From contig CALXFH010000004.1 in NCBI GenBank assembly GCA_944387555.1, positions 12,483 to 76,482 on the forward strand: a DNA stretch of 64,000 bases. Reading direction: 5' to 3'. Positions 36,446 through 45,673 of the stretch are shown here, piece after piece. The DNA comes from an uncultured Clostridia bacterium. Lineage in GTDB: Bacteria; Bacillota; Clostridia; TANB77; CAG-508. The first letter of the stretch is position 1. Each line of letters begins with the position of its first letter. The notes beneath the pieces were generated by a model that saw only the letters and a list, made by a program, of their open reading frames with translations, searched no databases and was not told the DNA's origin. Position numbers and translations under genes: made by a program.

Positions 36446-37102
36446 TTAAGCTTCACTATAATCTGATGGTATTTGGAATAAGTTTTGGTCTACGTCATTT
36501 GATATATTTACTTTTAATAGTTCTTGCTTATCTCCTTCTATAGTTTTTATATAAACTAATTTATCACCATCAAAATAAAATCTAGTTTTAACATCACCTG
36601 AGTCTTCTGTAAAATCTCCCATTGCAAAATCTGTTAATCCTGTATATTCTTCATAAGAATAATTTTTATTGTTTAATTCTTCTCTTCCTGTTTCATATTC
36701 TAAATCTTTTACTTCTTCTAATCCTCTTATTACCATATTTAAATTTGTTTGATTATTTGAATATGTATAATAAGTTTTTGTATCATCTTGTAATAAATAT
36801 GAATTTCCATCTTTTATTATGTATTTTGTTTCTTTTCCATTAAAAGAAGTATCCGTATAAGCCATATCATTTGATTTTGCATAATACATATGATTTTCAT
36901 CATCTAATGTCAATTCGAAACTAAAACTATTATCTGCTTGTAATGTTTCATATAGTTTACTTACTTTTGAGCTTTCTGCATTATTACTATTTTGTCCATT
37001 TCCACCATTTTTATTAAATACAAAAAACCAAACTACTCCTAAAATTACAAGTAATACTATAAGAACAATTACAGCAATTATTGCTTTTTTCTTTTTATCC
37101 AT
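36446..37102 (-). CDS. Hypothetical N-terminally anchored extracytoplasmic protein
   Basis: I prefer the start MDKKKKAIIAVIVLIVLLVILGVVWFFVF at 37102 (GGTGAG RBS). No family recognised. Confidence 0.5.
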   Translation of the reverse strand: MDKKKKAIIAVIVLIVLLVILGVVWFFVFNKNGGNGQNSNNAESSKVSKLYETLQADNSFSFELTLDDENHMYYAKSNDMAYTDTSFNGKETKYIIKDGNSYLLQDDTKTYYTYSNNQTNLNMVIRGLEEVKDLEYETGREELNNKNYSYEEYTGLTDFAMGDFTEDSGDVKTRFYFDGDKLVYIKTIEGDKQELLKVNISNDVDQNLFQIPSDYSEA

Positions 37103-37179
37103 AATCTCACCTTTTTCAAAAAATTTGTCCCTAGAAGACATTTCTACAAGATTGAAATGTCTTCAGTGGACATATTACA

Positions 37180-38613
37180 CTATAAAATGTTTTTTAATAC
37201 TATTGTTTTTAGTCTTGACATTTCTTCTAATGTTGTCATTACACCTTCATTTCCAATTCCAGAATGTTTCCATCCTCCAAATGGCATTTCAAATGAACGA
37301 TAGAAGCTTGATCCGTTTACTACTGCTCCACCACATTCTAGTCTATCTGCTATTTTCATTGCTCTTGATACATCTTTTGATATTACACAACCACATAATC
37401 CATATGAAGATTGGTTAGCAATCTCAATTGCTTCTTCTACATCATCAAATCCGATTACTGGAATTACTGGTCCAAATACTTCCATATCTTTTGATATTCC
37501 CATATCTTTTGTTACATTATCTAATATTGTTGGATAATAGTAAGCATCTTCTCTTCTTCCTCCACAAACAACTTTTGCTCCTTCTTCTACTGTTTTGTTT
37601 ACTTGGTCCTCAATTCTTTTTGCTGCATTTATATTAATCATTGGTCCCATATCTGTATCTTCTTCCATTGGGTCTCCAACTTTTAGTCCATCTATTACTT
37701 CTTTCATTCTATCAATAAATTCTTGTTTTCTTGAATTATGAATTAAAAATCTCTTACTTGCACAACATACTTGTCCACCATTATATAATCTTCCCCAAAT
37801 TGTTTCTTTTACAGCTAAATCCATATCTCCATCTTCTAAGAAGATAAATGCATCATTTCCACCAAGCTCTAGCATAACGTGTGTTAAGTTTTTAGATGCT
37901 GTTCCCATTGTTTGAATTCCAGCTGCTGTTCCACCTGTTAATGATACTAAATGTACTCCTGGGTGTCTAGCTAAGGCTTGTCCTGCTGTTGGTCCATCAC
38001 CTGTTAATATTTGAATACATCCTGCTGGTACTCCTGCTTCAATCATTAATTTTACATATTCGATTAATGTTAAAGGATTATAATTTGATGGTTTTACAAT
38101 TATACTATTTCCCATCATTAATGCTGGTGGTACTTTTTGACAGAACAAATCACTTGGGAAGTTAAATGGTATAATTGCAGCTATAACTCCTATTGGATAT
38201 CTTTTTGTGAATTGTATTGTTTTTTCTTGTCCTGCTTCAGATCCTTCTGGAATACTTTTTCCATATAAGTGTTTTGCTTTTTCTACAAATCCTCTTACAC
38301 CAATTCTTACATTTGCAAGTTCTCCTCTTGCTTCTTTTATTGGTTTTCCTGTTTCATTAGATAATAGTGTTGCTAGTCTTTCTTTGTTTTCTTCTATTAA
38401 ATCTACAAATTTATATAAGATATCTGCTCTATCATATATAGATACTTTTTTTCTTTTCTTTTGTTCTACCATTGCTACTTTAACAGCTTCATCTACATCT
38501 TCATCTGTTACATTTGGCACTGTATCTATTAATTCTTGAGTTGCTGGATTAACAACTTCTATTGTCGCACCATTTGAAGCATCTTTCCATTCATAACCTA
38601 TTAGATTTTTCAC
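37180..38613 (-). CDS. NAD(P)-dependent aldehyde dehydrogenase
   Basis: 477 aa. GTG start after AAGGAGG. Catalytic motifs MLELGGNDA and NGGQVCCASKRF. Confidence 0.85.
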   Translation of the reverse strand: MKNLIGYEWKDASNGATIEVVNPATQELIDTVPNVTDEDVDEAVKVAMVEQKKRKKVSIYDRADILYKFVDLIEENKERLATLLSNETGKPIKEARGELANVRIGVRGFVEKAKHLYGKSIPEGSEAGQEKTIQFTKRYPIGVIAAIIPFNFPSDLFCQKVPPALMMGNSIIVKPSNYNPLTLIEYVKLMIEAGVPAGCIQILTGDGPTAGQALARHPGVHLVSLTGGTAAGIQTMGTASKNLTHVMLELGGNDAFIFLEDGDMDLAVKETIWGRLYNGGQVCCASKRFLIHNSRKQEFIDRMKEVIDGLKVGDPMEEDTDMGPMININAAKRIEDQVNKTVEEGAKVVCGGRREDAYYYPTILDNVTKDMGISKDMEVFGPVIPVIGFDDVEEAIEIANQSSYGLCGCVISKDVSRAMKIADRLECGGAVVNGSSFYRSFEMPFGGWKHSGIGNEGVMTTLEEMSRLKTIVLKNIL

Positions 38614-38724
38614 ACTTGCTCCCTCCTTATTATTTACTGGTCTACAAATTTTTTGTACTCCGCCATTATAGTTTTCTAAAGTACATACATAATTCTTATT
38701 ATTTTGTGGTTTTTTCCCCTCTCT

Positions 38725-39891
38725 TCATTTACCAAATGCTGTGAATGATAACATTAATCCACCTGTTGTGTTAGAACCGTGGTCTTTTACTCCATATTCA
38801 CCAAATGTAAATACTCCTAGGAATGGTACTCCTTTTGCTTCTTTCTTTAATTGTTTTGATACTTCTCCTATTCTATCTCCTATTGCTAATCTTCTTCCTC
38901 CACAATGTACAAGTAAATATGCTCCTATATCTCCTTCCATTTCTTTGTTTAATTCTTTCATTGTATTTCCTGTTGCATTTATTAATTCATCAACTGTTGC
39001 TTCCATTTGTATTACTGCTGTGTTTACTGCCAAATTTGCTCCGATATTCATTGAGCCATCTTTATTTCCATACATTGGATGACGTATTGCTATTAAATCT
39101 CCTAATCTATCTTTTACTCCCAAAGGTTTTGTAACTGTTGTTGTTAATAAATTGTTTTCTTTTAAGTCTTTAGCTTTTGCTCCTGTCCATTCTGCATATT
39201 TCTTTTGAGCTGGTACTCCATCAATTTCTACTAAAGTTCTTTTTCCTTTTATTTTTGTAATTACACCTGAATTTGTTGTTTCATTATAAGCTCCTGTAAA
39301 TACATTTCCAACTTGTTTATCTGTATAGAAAAATGCTACAGCTGCTCCATCACTAAATATTTTATCATTTGTATAAATGCTCCATTTTCCTTCTACAGTA
39401 TTATCTGCTGCACTTCCACCAAAGATTGGAACTCTTCCTACTACATCTTCAATTCCTTTTATGTATTCCTCTTCTTCTGCTGGTGATGCAACCATATAGA
39501 AGTATGCCGGTACACAATCTTTTCCTGCATTTTTCATTGCTTCTTTTGCTAATTTTCTTCCTGTTTCTCTTGGGTCTTTTCCTCTTTCAGAGCCTGCAAC
39601 TCCAACTTTTAAGTCTGGATCTCCCAAAGCTAGAATTCCAGTAAATCCTTTTTCTCCTGTAACAAATCCATCTGGTGTAAGAAGTCCTGCACTAGATGTA
39701 CAACCTATTATTGGTGCAGTTCCAAGTTCTGATTTAGCTCCTTCTAAAACTTCTTTTACGTTACTATCTACTGATGTATATAAAAATGCTACTTTAGTTT
39801 CAACTAAATCTACGACTGCTTTTGCTGCTGTTTCCTTTCCTTGTTCATAACTATTTTCGTTTGTACTCCATGCTACGTTTGATTTTAACAT
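38725..39891 (-). CDS. FIST-N/FIST-C domain protein (stand-alone)
   Basis: I prefer the start MLKSNVAWS at 39891 (AGGAGG RBS). Typical FIST features: APIIGCTSSAGLLTP..., ...VHCGGRRL..., FGVFTFGEYG. Confidence 0.65.
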   Translation of the reverse strand: MLKSNVAWSTNENSYEQGKETAAKAVVDLVETKVAFLYTSVDSNVKEVLEGAKSELGTAPIIGCTSSAGLLTPDGFVTGEKGFTGILALGDPDLKVGVAGSERGKDPRETGRKLAKEAMKNAGKDCVPAYFYMVASPAEEEEYIKGIEDVVGRVPIFGGSAADNTVEGKWSIYTNDKIFSDGAAVAFFYTDKQVGNVFTGAYNETTNSGVITKIKGKRTLVEIDGVPAQKKYAEWTGAKAKDLKENNLLTTTVTKPLGVKDRLGDLIAIRHPMYGNKDGSMNIGANLAVNTAVIQMEATVDELINATGNTMKELNKEMEGDIGAYLLVHCGGRRLAIGDRIGEVSKQLKKEAKGVPFLGVFTFGEYGVKDHGSNTTGGLMLSFTAFGK

Positions 39892-40041
39892 AATTACTCC
39901 TCCTTTGTAATTTTTTATCCTAACCAAATTATACCATATTAACCTTTTTTTACAATTAATGACACAAAAACGTAATATAATTGTAAAGAAAATGTATTAT
40001 TTCTCTAAAATCAATAGAATTACTATTTTTAAAAAATTAAA

Positions 40042-40081
40042 AGCAAAAAGATATTTTAATTTGTTCATATATCTTTTTGCT
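40042..40081 (-). terminator. Strong Rho-independent terminator ending the cohesin/dockerin operon
   Basis: 13-bp stem AGCAAAAAGATAT/ATATCTTTTTGCT, followed on the minus strand by TTTAATTTTTT. Confidence 0.75.
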
Positions 40082-40095
40082 CTATCTTTATAAAT

Positions 40096-41409
40096 TTACT
40101 TTTGCTTATTTTTCTTCTTTTCAAGCAATATAGAACTACTTGCAAGAATTAGGACTATAGCAATTAGTACAAAAAATGCTACTATTTGATTTCTTTCTTC
40201 TTTTCCTTCTTGTTCATTCTTTTCTATCTGTTCTTGATTTTCTTTATTCTGTTCTTGCTCATTACTTGTTTTTTGTATTTCATAAATTTGCTTTAATTTT
40301 TCTTGGTTACTTTTCTGTTCTTCTTGGTATTTAGCTTCTTCTTCACTATTTCTTTTATAAACATTTATATTGTATTCCTTTTTTGTATAACCATTTCTTG
40401 CAGTAACTGTAATTTTAATTTCATTGTTACCTTCTTTAAGTGTATCATCTCTTTTTATTTCTACTGTTGCTTCTTCATCTTCTGGAATTGCGAGTAAATT
40501 TATTTGTTCTGTGTTGTTTCCTACTTCAACATTATAATTAGTAACAGTATTATCAAAAGCAGGGTAAAGAAGATAGTTTTCAATTGCAAGAGTTTCTAAA
40601 TTAGTATTTGCTGCCTCTAAATCATTAGTTTTAGTAACATTAATTAGATATGTGCTATTACTTGTTTTATCAGGTGATGTTACTTGTACTTTTATTGTAT
40701 TTAAACCATTTTGTAAGTTAGTATTTCCTGTAATTTCTACTTGTGCATCATTATTTTCTGCTGTTGCTAAAACTTCTATATCTTTAACATCATTTTTAAC
40801 TGTTAAATAATAATCAAAAATATCATTTTGAAACTCTGGTACCATACCTTCTATGCTAAGTCTAAGGTTTTGAAGTTTTGAATTACTTTCATTTATATCT
40901 TGTCCTACTTCTTCTCTTGCTTGTTTTTCTAAAGTTGTTTCTTCTTTTCCAATCTGTATTTGTTTTTCTTTAAAACTCGTTTCTACTTTTTGACCTTTTT
41001 CAGTATAAAATTCTCCATTTATATTAAAAGTAGCTATTCCATTTTCTTTAGCTTTAAACTTAAATGTTTCTATGCTTCCGCTTCTTGGACTTGTTCCACC
41101 TTGCTTGTCATACCAAACATAAATAATTCTATTTCCATCAACATTTATATTGTCTTCTTTATTTTCTTTTACAAATTCAAATTTATCATTATCAAAATAA
41201 AGATATAAAGTAAAAGCTGCAGTTTTAAAATTATCTATATTAACACTAATTTCTATTTCTTCACCTACATCGATAACATCTTTATTACTTTCTAAATAGA
41301 CATTTCCTGTAGTGTTTGCATAAACCTTGCAAGCTGAAATTATATTTATTAGAAAAAGAAATAAAATTAATAATAATAAAATTTTTTTGTTTATATTTTT
41401 AACCTCCAT
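40096..41409 (-). CDS. Secreted cohesin-like protein with two cadherin-like beta-sandwich modules and a C-terminal TM anchor
   Basis: 437 aa. Signal peptide (...SACKVYA/NT). Cohesin-like module (VGEEIEISVNIDNFKTAAFTLYLYFDNDKFEFV...IIYVWYDKQGGTSPRSGSIETFKFKAKENG). Two modules of the type L.NL.L....L.P.F......Y...V........V.A.......V.I.G...L..G.N.I.I.VT. A Q/E/K-rich coil, then IVAFFVLIAIVLILASSSILL followed by KKKNKQK. Confidence 0.65.
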   Translation of the reverse strand: MEVKNINKKILLLLILFLFLINIISACKVYANTTGNVYLESNKDVIDVGEEIEISVNIDNFKTAAFTLYLYFDNDKFEFVKENKEDNINVDGNRIIYVWYDKQGGTSPRSGSIETFKFKAKENGIATFNINGEFYTEKGQKVETSFKEKQIQIGKEETTLEKQAREEVGQDINESNSKLQNLRLSIEGMVPEFQNDIFDYYLTVKNDVKDIEVLATAENNDAQVEITGNTNLQNGLNTIKVQVTSPDKTSNSTYLINVTKTNDLEAANTNLETLAIENYLLYPAFDNTVTNYNVEVGNNTEQINLLAIPEDEEATVEIKRDDTLKEGNNEIKITVTARNGYTKKEYNINVYKRNSEEEAKYQEEQKSNQEKLKQIYEIQKTSNEQEQNKENQEQIEKNEQEGKEERNQIVAFFVLIAIVLILASSSILLEKKKNKQK

Positions 41410-41430
41410 GTCTCTCTCCTTTATAAGATG

Positions 41431-41470
41431 TGTCCCAGATTACGCAAAAATGCGCAAAAGGAAACGTCCC
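41431..41470. repeat. Second copy (half-element) of the GGGAC palindromic repeat family
   Basis: The reverse complement GGGACGTTTCCTTTTGCGCATTTTTGCGTAATCTGGGACA matches 30032-30071 at 36 of 40 positions. It fills the 60-nt gap between two cistrons of the cohesin operon. Confidence 0.8.
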
Positions 41471-43716
41471 TATTGTTCTATTTCTTGAAGCCCTAATATA
41501 TGTCTTTGAATTAATAGTAAATCAACAGAACTTGGTTTTGATGATGTTTTTCTTACATTACTTGCTTTCATAAATATACTATCTAACTTTTGTAACTCTA
41601 GTATATGTCTTTGTAATACTAATAAATCAACACTATTTATCTTTCCATCTCCATTACTGTCTCCATACACTATAATTGTATATTCTCTTAAAAGAATTCC
41701 ATTTTCTTTTACTAAGATTTTACTTCCAGTTCCTACAATATCATTATCTCCTAAAGTTTCACCTTTATAGTTTACAAATTCTAATTCTAAATCTGTTGTA
41801 ATTAAGTCTTTTAAATCAGATACTTTGTTTTTATCATAATTTATTCCTGAAATTTCTAAACTATCTACATTTAAAGAACTATCAAAGTGTATTTCTGAAT
41901 CTTCCATTTTTCTTACTACTGTTACTTTACATTCTTTTTTGATTTCTTCATTTTCTTTTGATTTAACTGTAATTATTGCTGTTCCTTCTTGCTTTGCTTC
42001 TAAATTTCCGTGTTCATCTAATGTTACTGTATCTTGCTTATTACTCTCAAAAATAATACCTTTTTCATTTGCATCATCTGGCTCTACATAGGCATTTATT
42101 TTAAATGTATCCCCTACTTGCATATAGACATCATCATTATCTATTAATATGTCTGTTACTTTACTATAAACTTCCACTTCTAAAGTAGCTTGTACATCAT
42201 TCTCTTCTGCTTTTACTGTTATAGTTGCTTTTCCACTTGTTATTCCTCTTAAGTTCCCATCACTATCTACTGTTACGATATTTGGATTACTAGATGAATA
42301 TATTACTTTATGGTCTTTTGCTTCTTCTGGCGAAATTTTTATATTTAATTTTTTAGTTTCTCCTTTTTGTATAACATTATTATCTAAACTCATTTCTATA
42401 TTTTCTATCTGTACTGGTGGGACTTCTGTTACATAGTTTTGTGAAATATAACCGATAATTCCATTAGAAAGTCTTACCATATCCCATCTATCACCAGTTC
42501 CGACGCCCTTTTTTATTCTTGTCATCTGGTTTCCTTCTTGCACCATTGTAATTACTTCATAAGAAGTACTAGGTCCTGTTCTTACATTTACATTAGTAGC
42601 ATTACAATATACTTTTGTATTGTCATCTGTAAAATTACTTGGCTCAATACTTGGACTTTGTGTTGGAATATCAGGCATATTATTATATATTGGAATAATA
42701 AAATTCATTGGTATATCTAACAAATTACTTTTTTTATAACCTGTATATATAGATTTTGACTCACTATAAGGAGCAAGTACATTTGTCATGTACTGGTGCC
42801 AAAATAAACTACTTCCTGTTACATCAAACTTTTGTAAATATACTGTATCTTGTCCTTGATTTATATAACTATCTCCTATAAAAATAGCTCCTCCTGTTAT
42901 TGCTCTTTCTTTAGTGTTCCATGGAATTAAAAATTTAGTTTTAGTTGCTTCACTAGCGCCTTTTCCATCTTTTGCATACTGAAGTCCATTTTTAATTGCT
43001 CCCATGGGCTCAGAAGAACTTGTTGCTCCTATATTATAAAAATTATATAAACCTTCAAAACCACTTACTGTTCCGCTAATTGAAGCATGTGATAAAAAAG
43101 GTCCTACTTCTTGTTTTATTCTAGATGCTAAATGATATGGACTTACCTTTGAAGTTTGTCCTCCTCTTAATATTAAGTCCGAATATTTTTCAGACATATT
43201 AATAGTTTGTCCTGTACTTGTTACATAAGATACCTTTGTATTATAAAATTCTGTACCATAAAGTATTTTTTCAACTCCATCTAAATTATTTGTTTGCTCA
43301 CTAAAAGATAGCCCCTCAAATTGGAATATTCTAACTTCATTTAGAAAATTTCTTGGGTCCATACAAAACTCTACTGCTTGTCTTGAACTATCCACCCAAC
43401 CTGCGTCTACTTCAACATTATATTCTCCAGGTTTTGTATTTTTCCATCTATCAGAATAGTTTTTAGGAACTAAGTTTTTACCAAATTCATTTTCATTATC
43501 AATAACGTAATTCCAATCTAAATTTGTATATAAAGCCGTAAACTTCCAATTCGGATGTTTTGTAGCTAATTCTTCTAAATACGGTTTATAACTTTCTGGA
43601 AAATCTTCTATACCATTAGATCTACCCTCTCCATTTACAACAGCAAAAATTATGCATCCTAAAAAAAGAATTATAAAAAGTACTATATATGTTTTTTTAT
43701 CTTTTAAAATGCTCAT
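41470..43716 (-). CDS. Dockerin-tagged putative peptidoglycan hydrolase (GH73-like glucosaminidase - SH3b - 2x Big_2 - dockerin)
   Basis: 748 aa. N-terminal signal/anchor. LytB/Atl-like region (HLASRIKQEVG ... GQDTVYLQKFDV ... WHQYMTNVLAPY). SH3b (VNVRTGPSTSYEVITMVQEGNQMT...WDMVRLSNGIIGYISQNYV). Two Ig-like Big_2 modules (SSSNPNIVTVDSDGNLRGITSGKATITV; ...VTLDEHGNLEAKQEGTAIITV). C-terminal dockerin YGDSNGDGKINSVDLLVLQRHIL plus a degenerate second repeat. Confidence 0.7.
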   Translation of the reverse strand: MSILKDKKTYIVLFIILFLGCIIFAVVNGEGRSNGIEDFPESYKPYLEELATKHPNWKFTALYTNLDWNYVIDNENEFGKNLVPKNYSDRWKNTKPGEYNVEVDAGWVDSSRQAVEFCMDPRNFLNEVRIFQFEGLSFSEQTNNLDGVEKILYGTEFYNTKVSYVTSTGQTINMSEKYSDLILRGGQTSKVSPYHLASRIKQEVGPFLSHASISGTVSGFEGLYNFYNIGATSSSEPMGAIKNGLQYAKDGKGASEATKTKFLIPWNTKERAITGGAIFIGDSYINQGQDTVYLQKFDVTGSSLFWHQYMTNVLAPYSESKSIYTGYKKSNLLDIPMNFIIPIYNNMPDIPTQSPSIEPSNFTDDNTKVYCNATNVNVRTGPSTSYEVITMVQEGNQMTRIKKGVGTGDRWDMVRLSNGIIGYISQNYVTEVPPVQIENIEMSLDNNVIQKGETKKLNIKISPEEAKDHKVIYSSSNPNIVTVDSDGNLRGITSGKATITVKAEENDVQATLEVEVYSKVTDILIDNDDVYMQVGDTFKINAYVEPDDANEKGIIFESNKQDTVTLDEHGNLEAKQEGTAIITVKSKENEEIKKECKVTVVRKMEDSEIHFDSSLNVDSLEISGINYDKNKVSDLKDLITTDLELEFVNYKGETLGDNDIVGTGSKILVKENGILLREYTIIVYGDSNGDGKINSVDLLVLQRHILELQKLDSIFMKASNVRKTSSKPSSVDLLLIQRHILGLQEIEQ

Positions 43717-43717
43717 C

Positions 43718-44329
43718 CTAATCTTTCTCCTTTGCTTTTACTATAATTCTTTTACTAGAATCATTTGTACAAGTAATTAGAGTTACCTCTTTTCCTCCAC
43801 CTGTTTCTTGTGATAAACAACTTACATCATCTGGTAAAACCATATATATGTCATAAATTTCATATTCTACTCTTCCTACATTATTGTCTATAATAAAAAG
43901 ATTATCTCCTACAATTAAATCTTTTAAATTATGGAACATGTTTTTATTTTTGAAATTATGTCCTGCTATACAAAAATTTCCAGAAGTATTGGGCTTTGCT
44001 CCCCAAAACTTTACAGCTGAAATATTTAAAGACGAATTTGAATATGTTTTTAATACATAAGTTTCTAAATTTATTTTAGGTATTTCTAATTTTGCTAACA
44101 CATCATACCCTTTATATTCTAAAGCAACTTCTTCTTTTGGATATTCTTTTTCTATTTCTTTAGTTTCTTCATCAGTAGTAGTTATATTAGTACTTACATT
44201 TTGTACTTTATAGTTTTCCTCCTCTATCTTTTTTTCATTATAATTTTCAATTCCAAGCCAAGTTAAAATACTAAAAATAATTGTAACTAAAAAGATATTA
44301 ACAATTCTTTTTTTACTTTTCGTTTTCAT
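43718..44329 (-). CDS. Sortase (cysteine transpeptidase)
   Basis: I prefer the start MKTKSKKRIVNIF at 44329 (GGAAGGA RBS). N-terminal TM, His motif FCIAGHN, catalytic TLITC, Arg in KRIIVKA. Confidence 0.85.
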   Translation of the reverse strand: MKTKSKKRIVNIFLVTIIFSILTWLGIENYNEKKIEEENYKVQNVSTNITTTDEETKEIEKEYPKEEVALEYKGYDVLAKLEIPKINLETYVLKTYSNSSLNISAVKFWGAKPNTSGNFCIAGHNFKNKNMFHNLKDLIVGDNLFIIDNNVGRVEYEIYDIYMVLPDDVSCLSQETGGGKEVTLITCTNDSSKRIIVKAKEKD

Positions 44330-44426
44330 TTGCTTATCCTTCCTAAGGCTCTTTTTATGTAAGTAAATGAGAAAAAATCTCATTTACTTTTCTTTTTATT
44401 TATTTTTTCTTCTTTATTTTTATTTT

Positions 44427-45500
44427 TTATTCTTTTATTTTCTTTTTGTTATAATAAATAACAGTTCCAGTGAGTATTGCTAGTATTGTAGAAATTGGAA
44501 GATATATATTTGTACCTGTTTTTGGAAGTTTAGTTGGCATTTGGTTTTCTGTTACATTTTCTACAACATTTTCCTCTACTTCTACTGGTGGAGTTATTTC
44601 TTCTGGATTATTTTCTGTTGTTCCATTTTCTGTTCCACCTGTTGTTGGAGGTGTTGGTGCTTGTTCTGCTACTGTAAAGTCAAATGTTTTTTGGGCAATT
44701 ACTGAGTCAGAATTTTCTCTATCTATTAATTTTAATGTAATTTGATAATCTCCTGCTTCACTAAATATTCCTCTAACATTTAACACTTGTGATACATCTT
44801 TTCCACCAATTGCATATCCTTGTTCTTCTCCCCAACCACTTTCTATTATGTCATGGTCTAATTGAGATTCATCTGTTCCTATTAACTGTACATCTCCTGC
44901 TCCTGTGCTTTCAGCTACAAGTCTTGCTTTGTTATAGTATTTTCCCATAGGTGAAGAATAAGAAAGTTTCATTTCATTTTCTTCTCCTTTTACAAGTGTT
45001 CCATTTACTGATTCTAAATTTAATGTATAATCTATATATTCTGGCTCAACTGTTACATTTTTAGTAATTGGAGTTGTTATATCATCATAAGTTACAGAGG
45101 CGTCTGAATTTGCTAATCCTTCTGCTGTTATATTAAATTCTGTTGGATTTGAAGTTGTTAAATCTGCTTTTGCTCTAAATGTTACGCTCATATTTGTACG
45201 TGGGTTTGTTCCTCCAGTACTATCATAGAAAACAACTCTTACCTTAGTTCCAGTATCATTTGCTGTTCCACCTTCGCTTGATACATACTCAAATATGCTA
45301 TTATCATAAGCAACATCAAATGTATATGAACCTAAAGCCTGACCAAATTCTATATTTACTTTTACTTCTTCACCTGGTCTTATTAAATCCTTAGAAGTTT
45401 CTACATTTATAGTATCTAATGAATCCGCATATACATTCCCTGTAAAAACAGTAACACTTATTATCATTAAAATTGCAATTAAACTAACTATTTTTTTCAT
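44427..45500 (-). CDS. LPKTG-anchored surface protein with an N-terminal cohesin-like module
   Basis: 357 aa. Signal peptide (...GNVYA/DS). Cohesin-like module (PGEEVKVNIEFGQALGSYTFDVAYDNSIFEYV...VRVVFYDSTGGTNPRTNMSVTFRAKA). P/T/E-rich stalk. LPKTG followed by a hydrophobic segment and KKKIKE. Confidence 0.7.
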   Translation of the reverse strand: MKKIVSLIAILMIISVTVFTGNVYADSLDTINVETSKDLIRPGEEVKVNIEFGQALGSYTFDVAYDNSIFEYVSSEGGTANDTGTKVRVVFYDSTGGTNPRTNMSVTFRAKADLTTSNPTEFNITAEGLANSDASVTYDDITTPITKNVTVEPEYIDYTLNLESVNGTLVKGEENEMKLSYSSPMGKYYNKARLVAESTGAGDVQLIGTDESQLDHDIIESGWGEEQGYAIGGKDVSQVLNVRGIFSEAGDYQITLKLIDRENSDSVIAQKTFDFTVAEQAPTPPTTGGTENGTTENNPEEITPPVEVEENVVENVTENQMPTKLPKTGTNIYLPISTILAILTGTVIYYNKKKIKE

Positions 45501-45604
45501 TTAAAAATTCCTCCTTTTTTATTTATATATTTTTATTATGTCGAATTTTGTTATTTTTTATTTAGTAATTTTTAGAAGGATTTTTTAATTGTCGTATTAA
45601 AGCA

Positions 45605-45638
45605 TAAAAAAACGTAATAGAAATTTTTTCTATTACGC
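45605..45638 (-). terminator. Rho-independent terminator after dgkA
   Basis: 10-bp stem CGTAATAGAA/TTCTATTACG, followed on the minus strand by TTTTTTTATG. Confidence 0.7.
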
Positions 45639-45673
45639 ATTTTTCATTTTTTTATTTTATTTTATTTTATTTT

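Noticed and set aside
45538-45590. A perfect TGTCGAA (Spo0A-box-like) and a TGTCGTA upstream of the cohesin/sortase operon.
   Set aside because: By my rough composition-based estimate the heptamer should occur by chance several times in this window. There is no independent reason to expect Spo0A control here.
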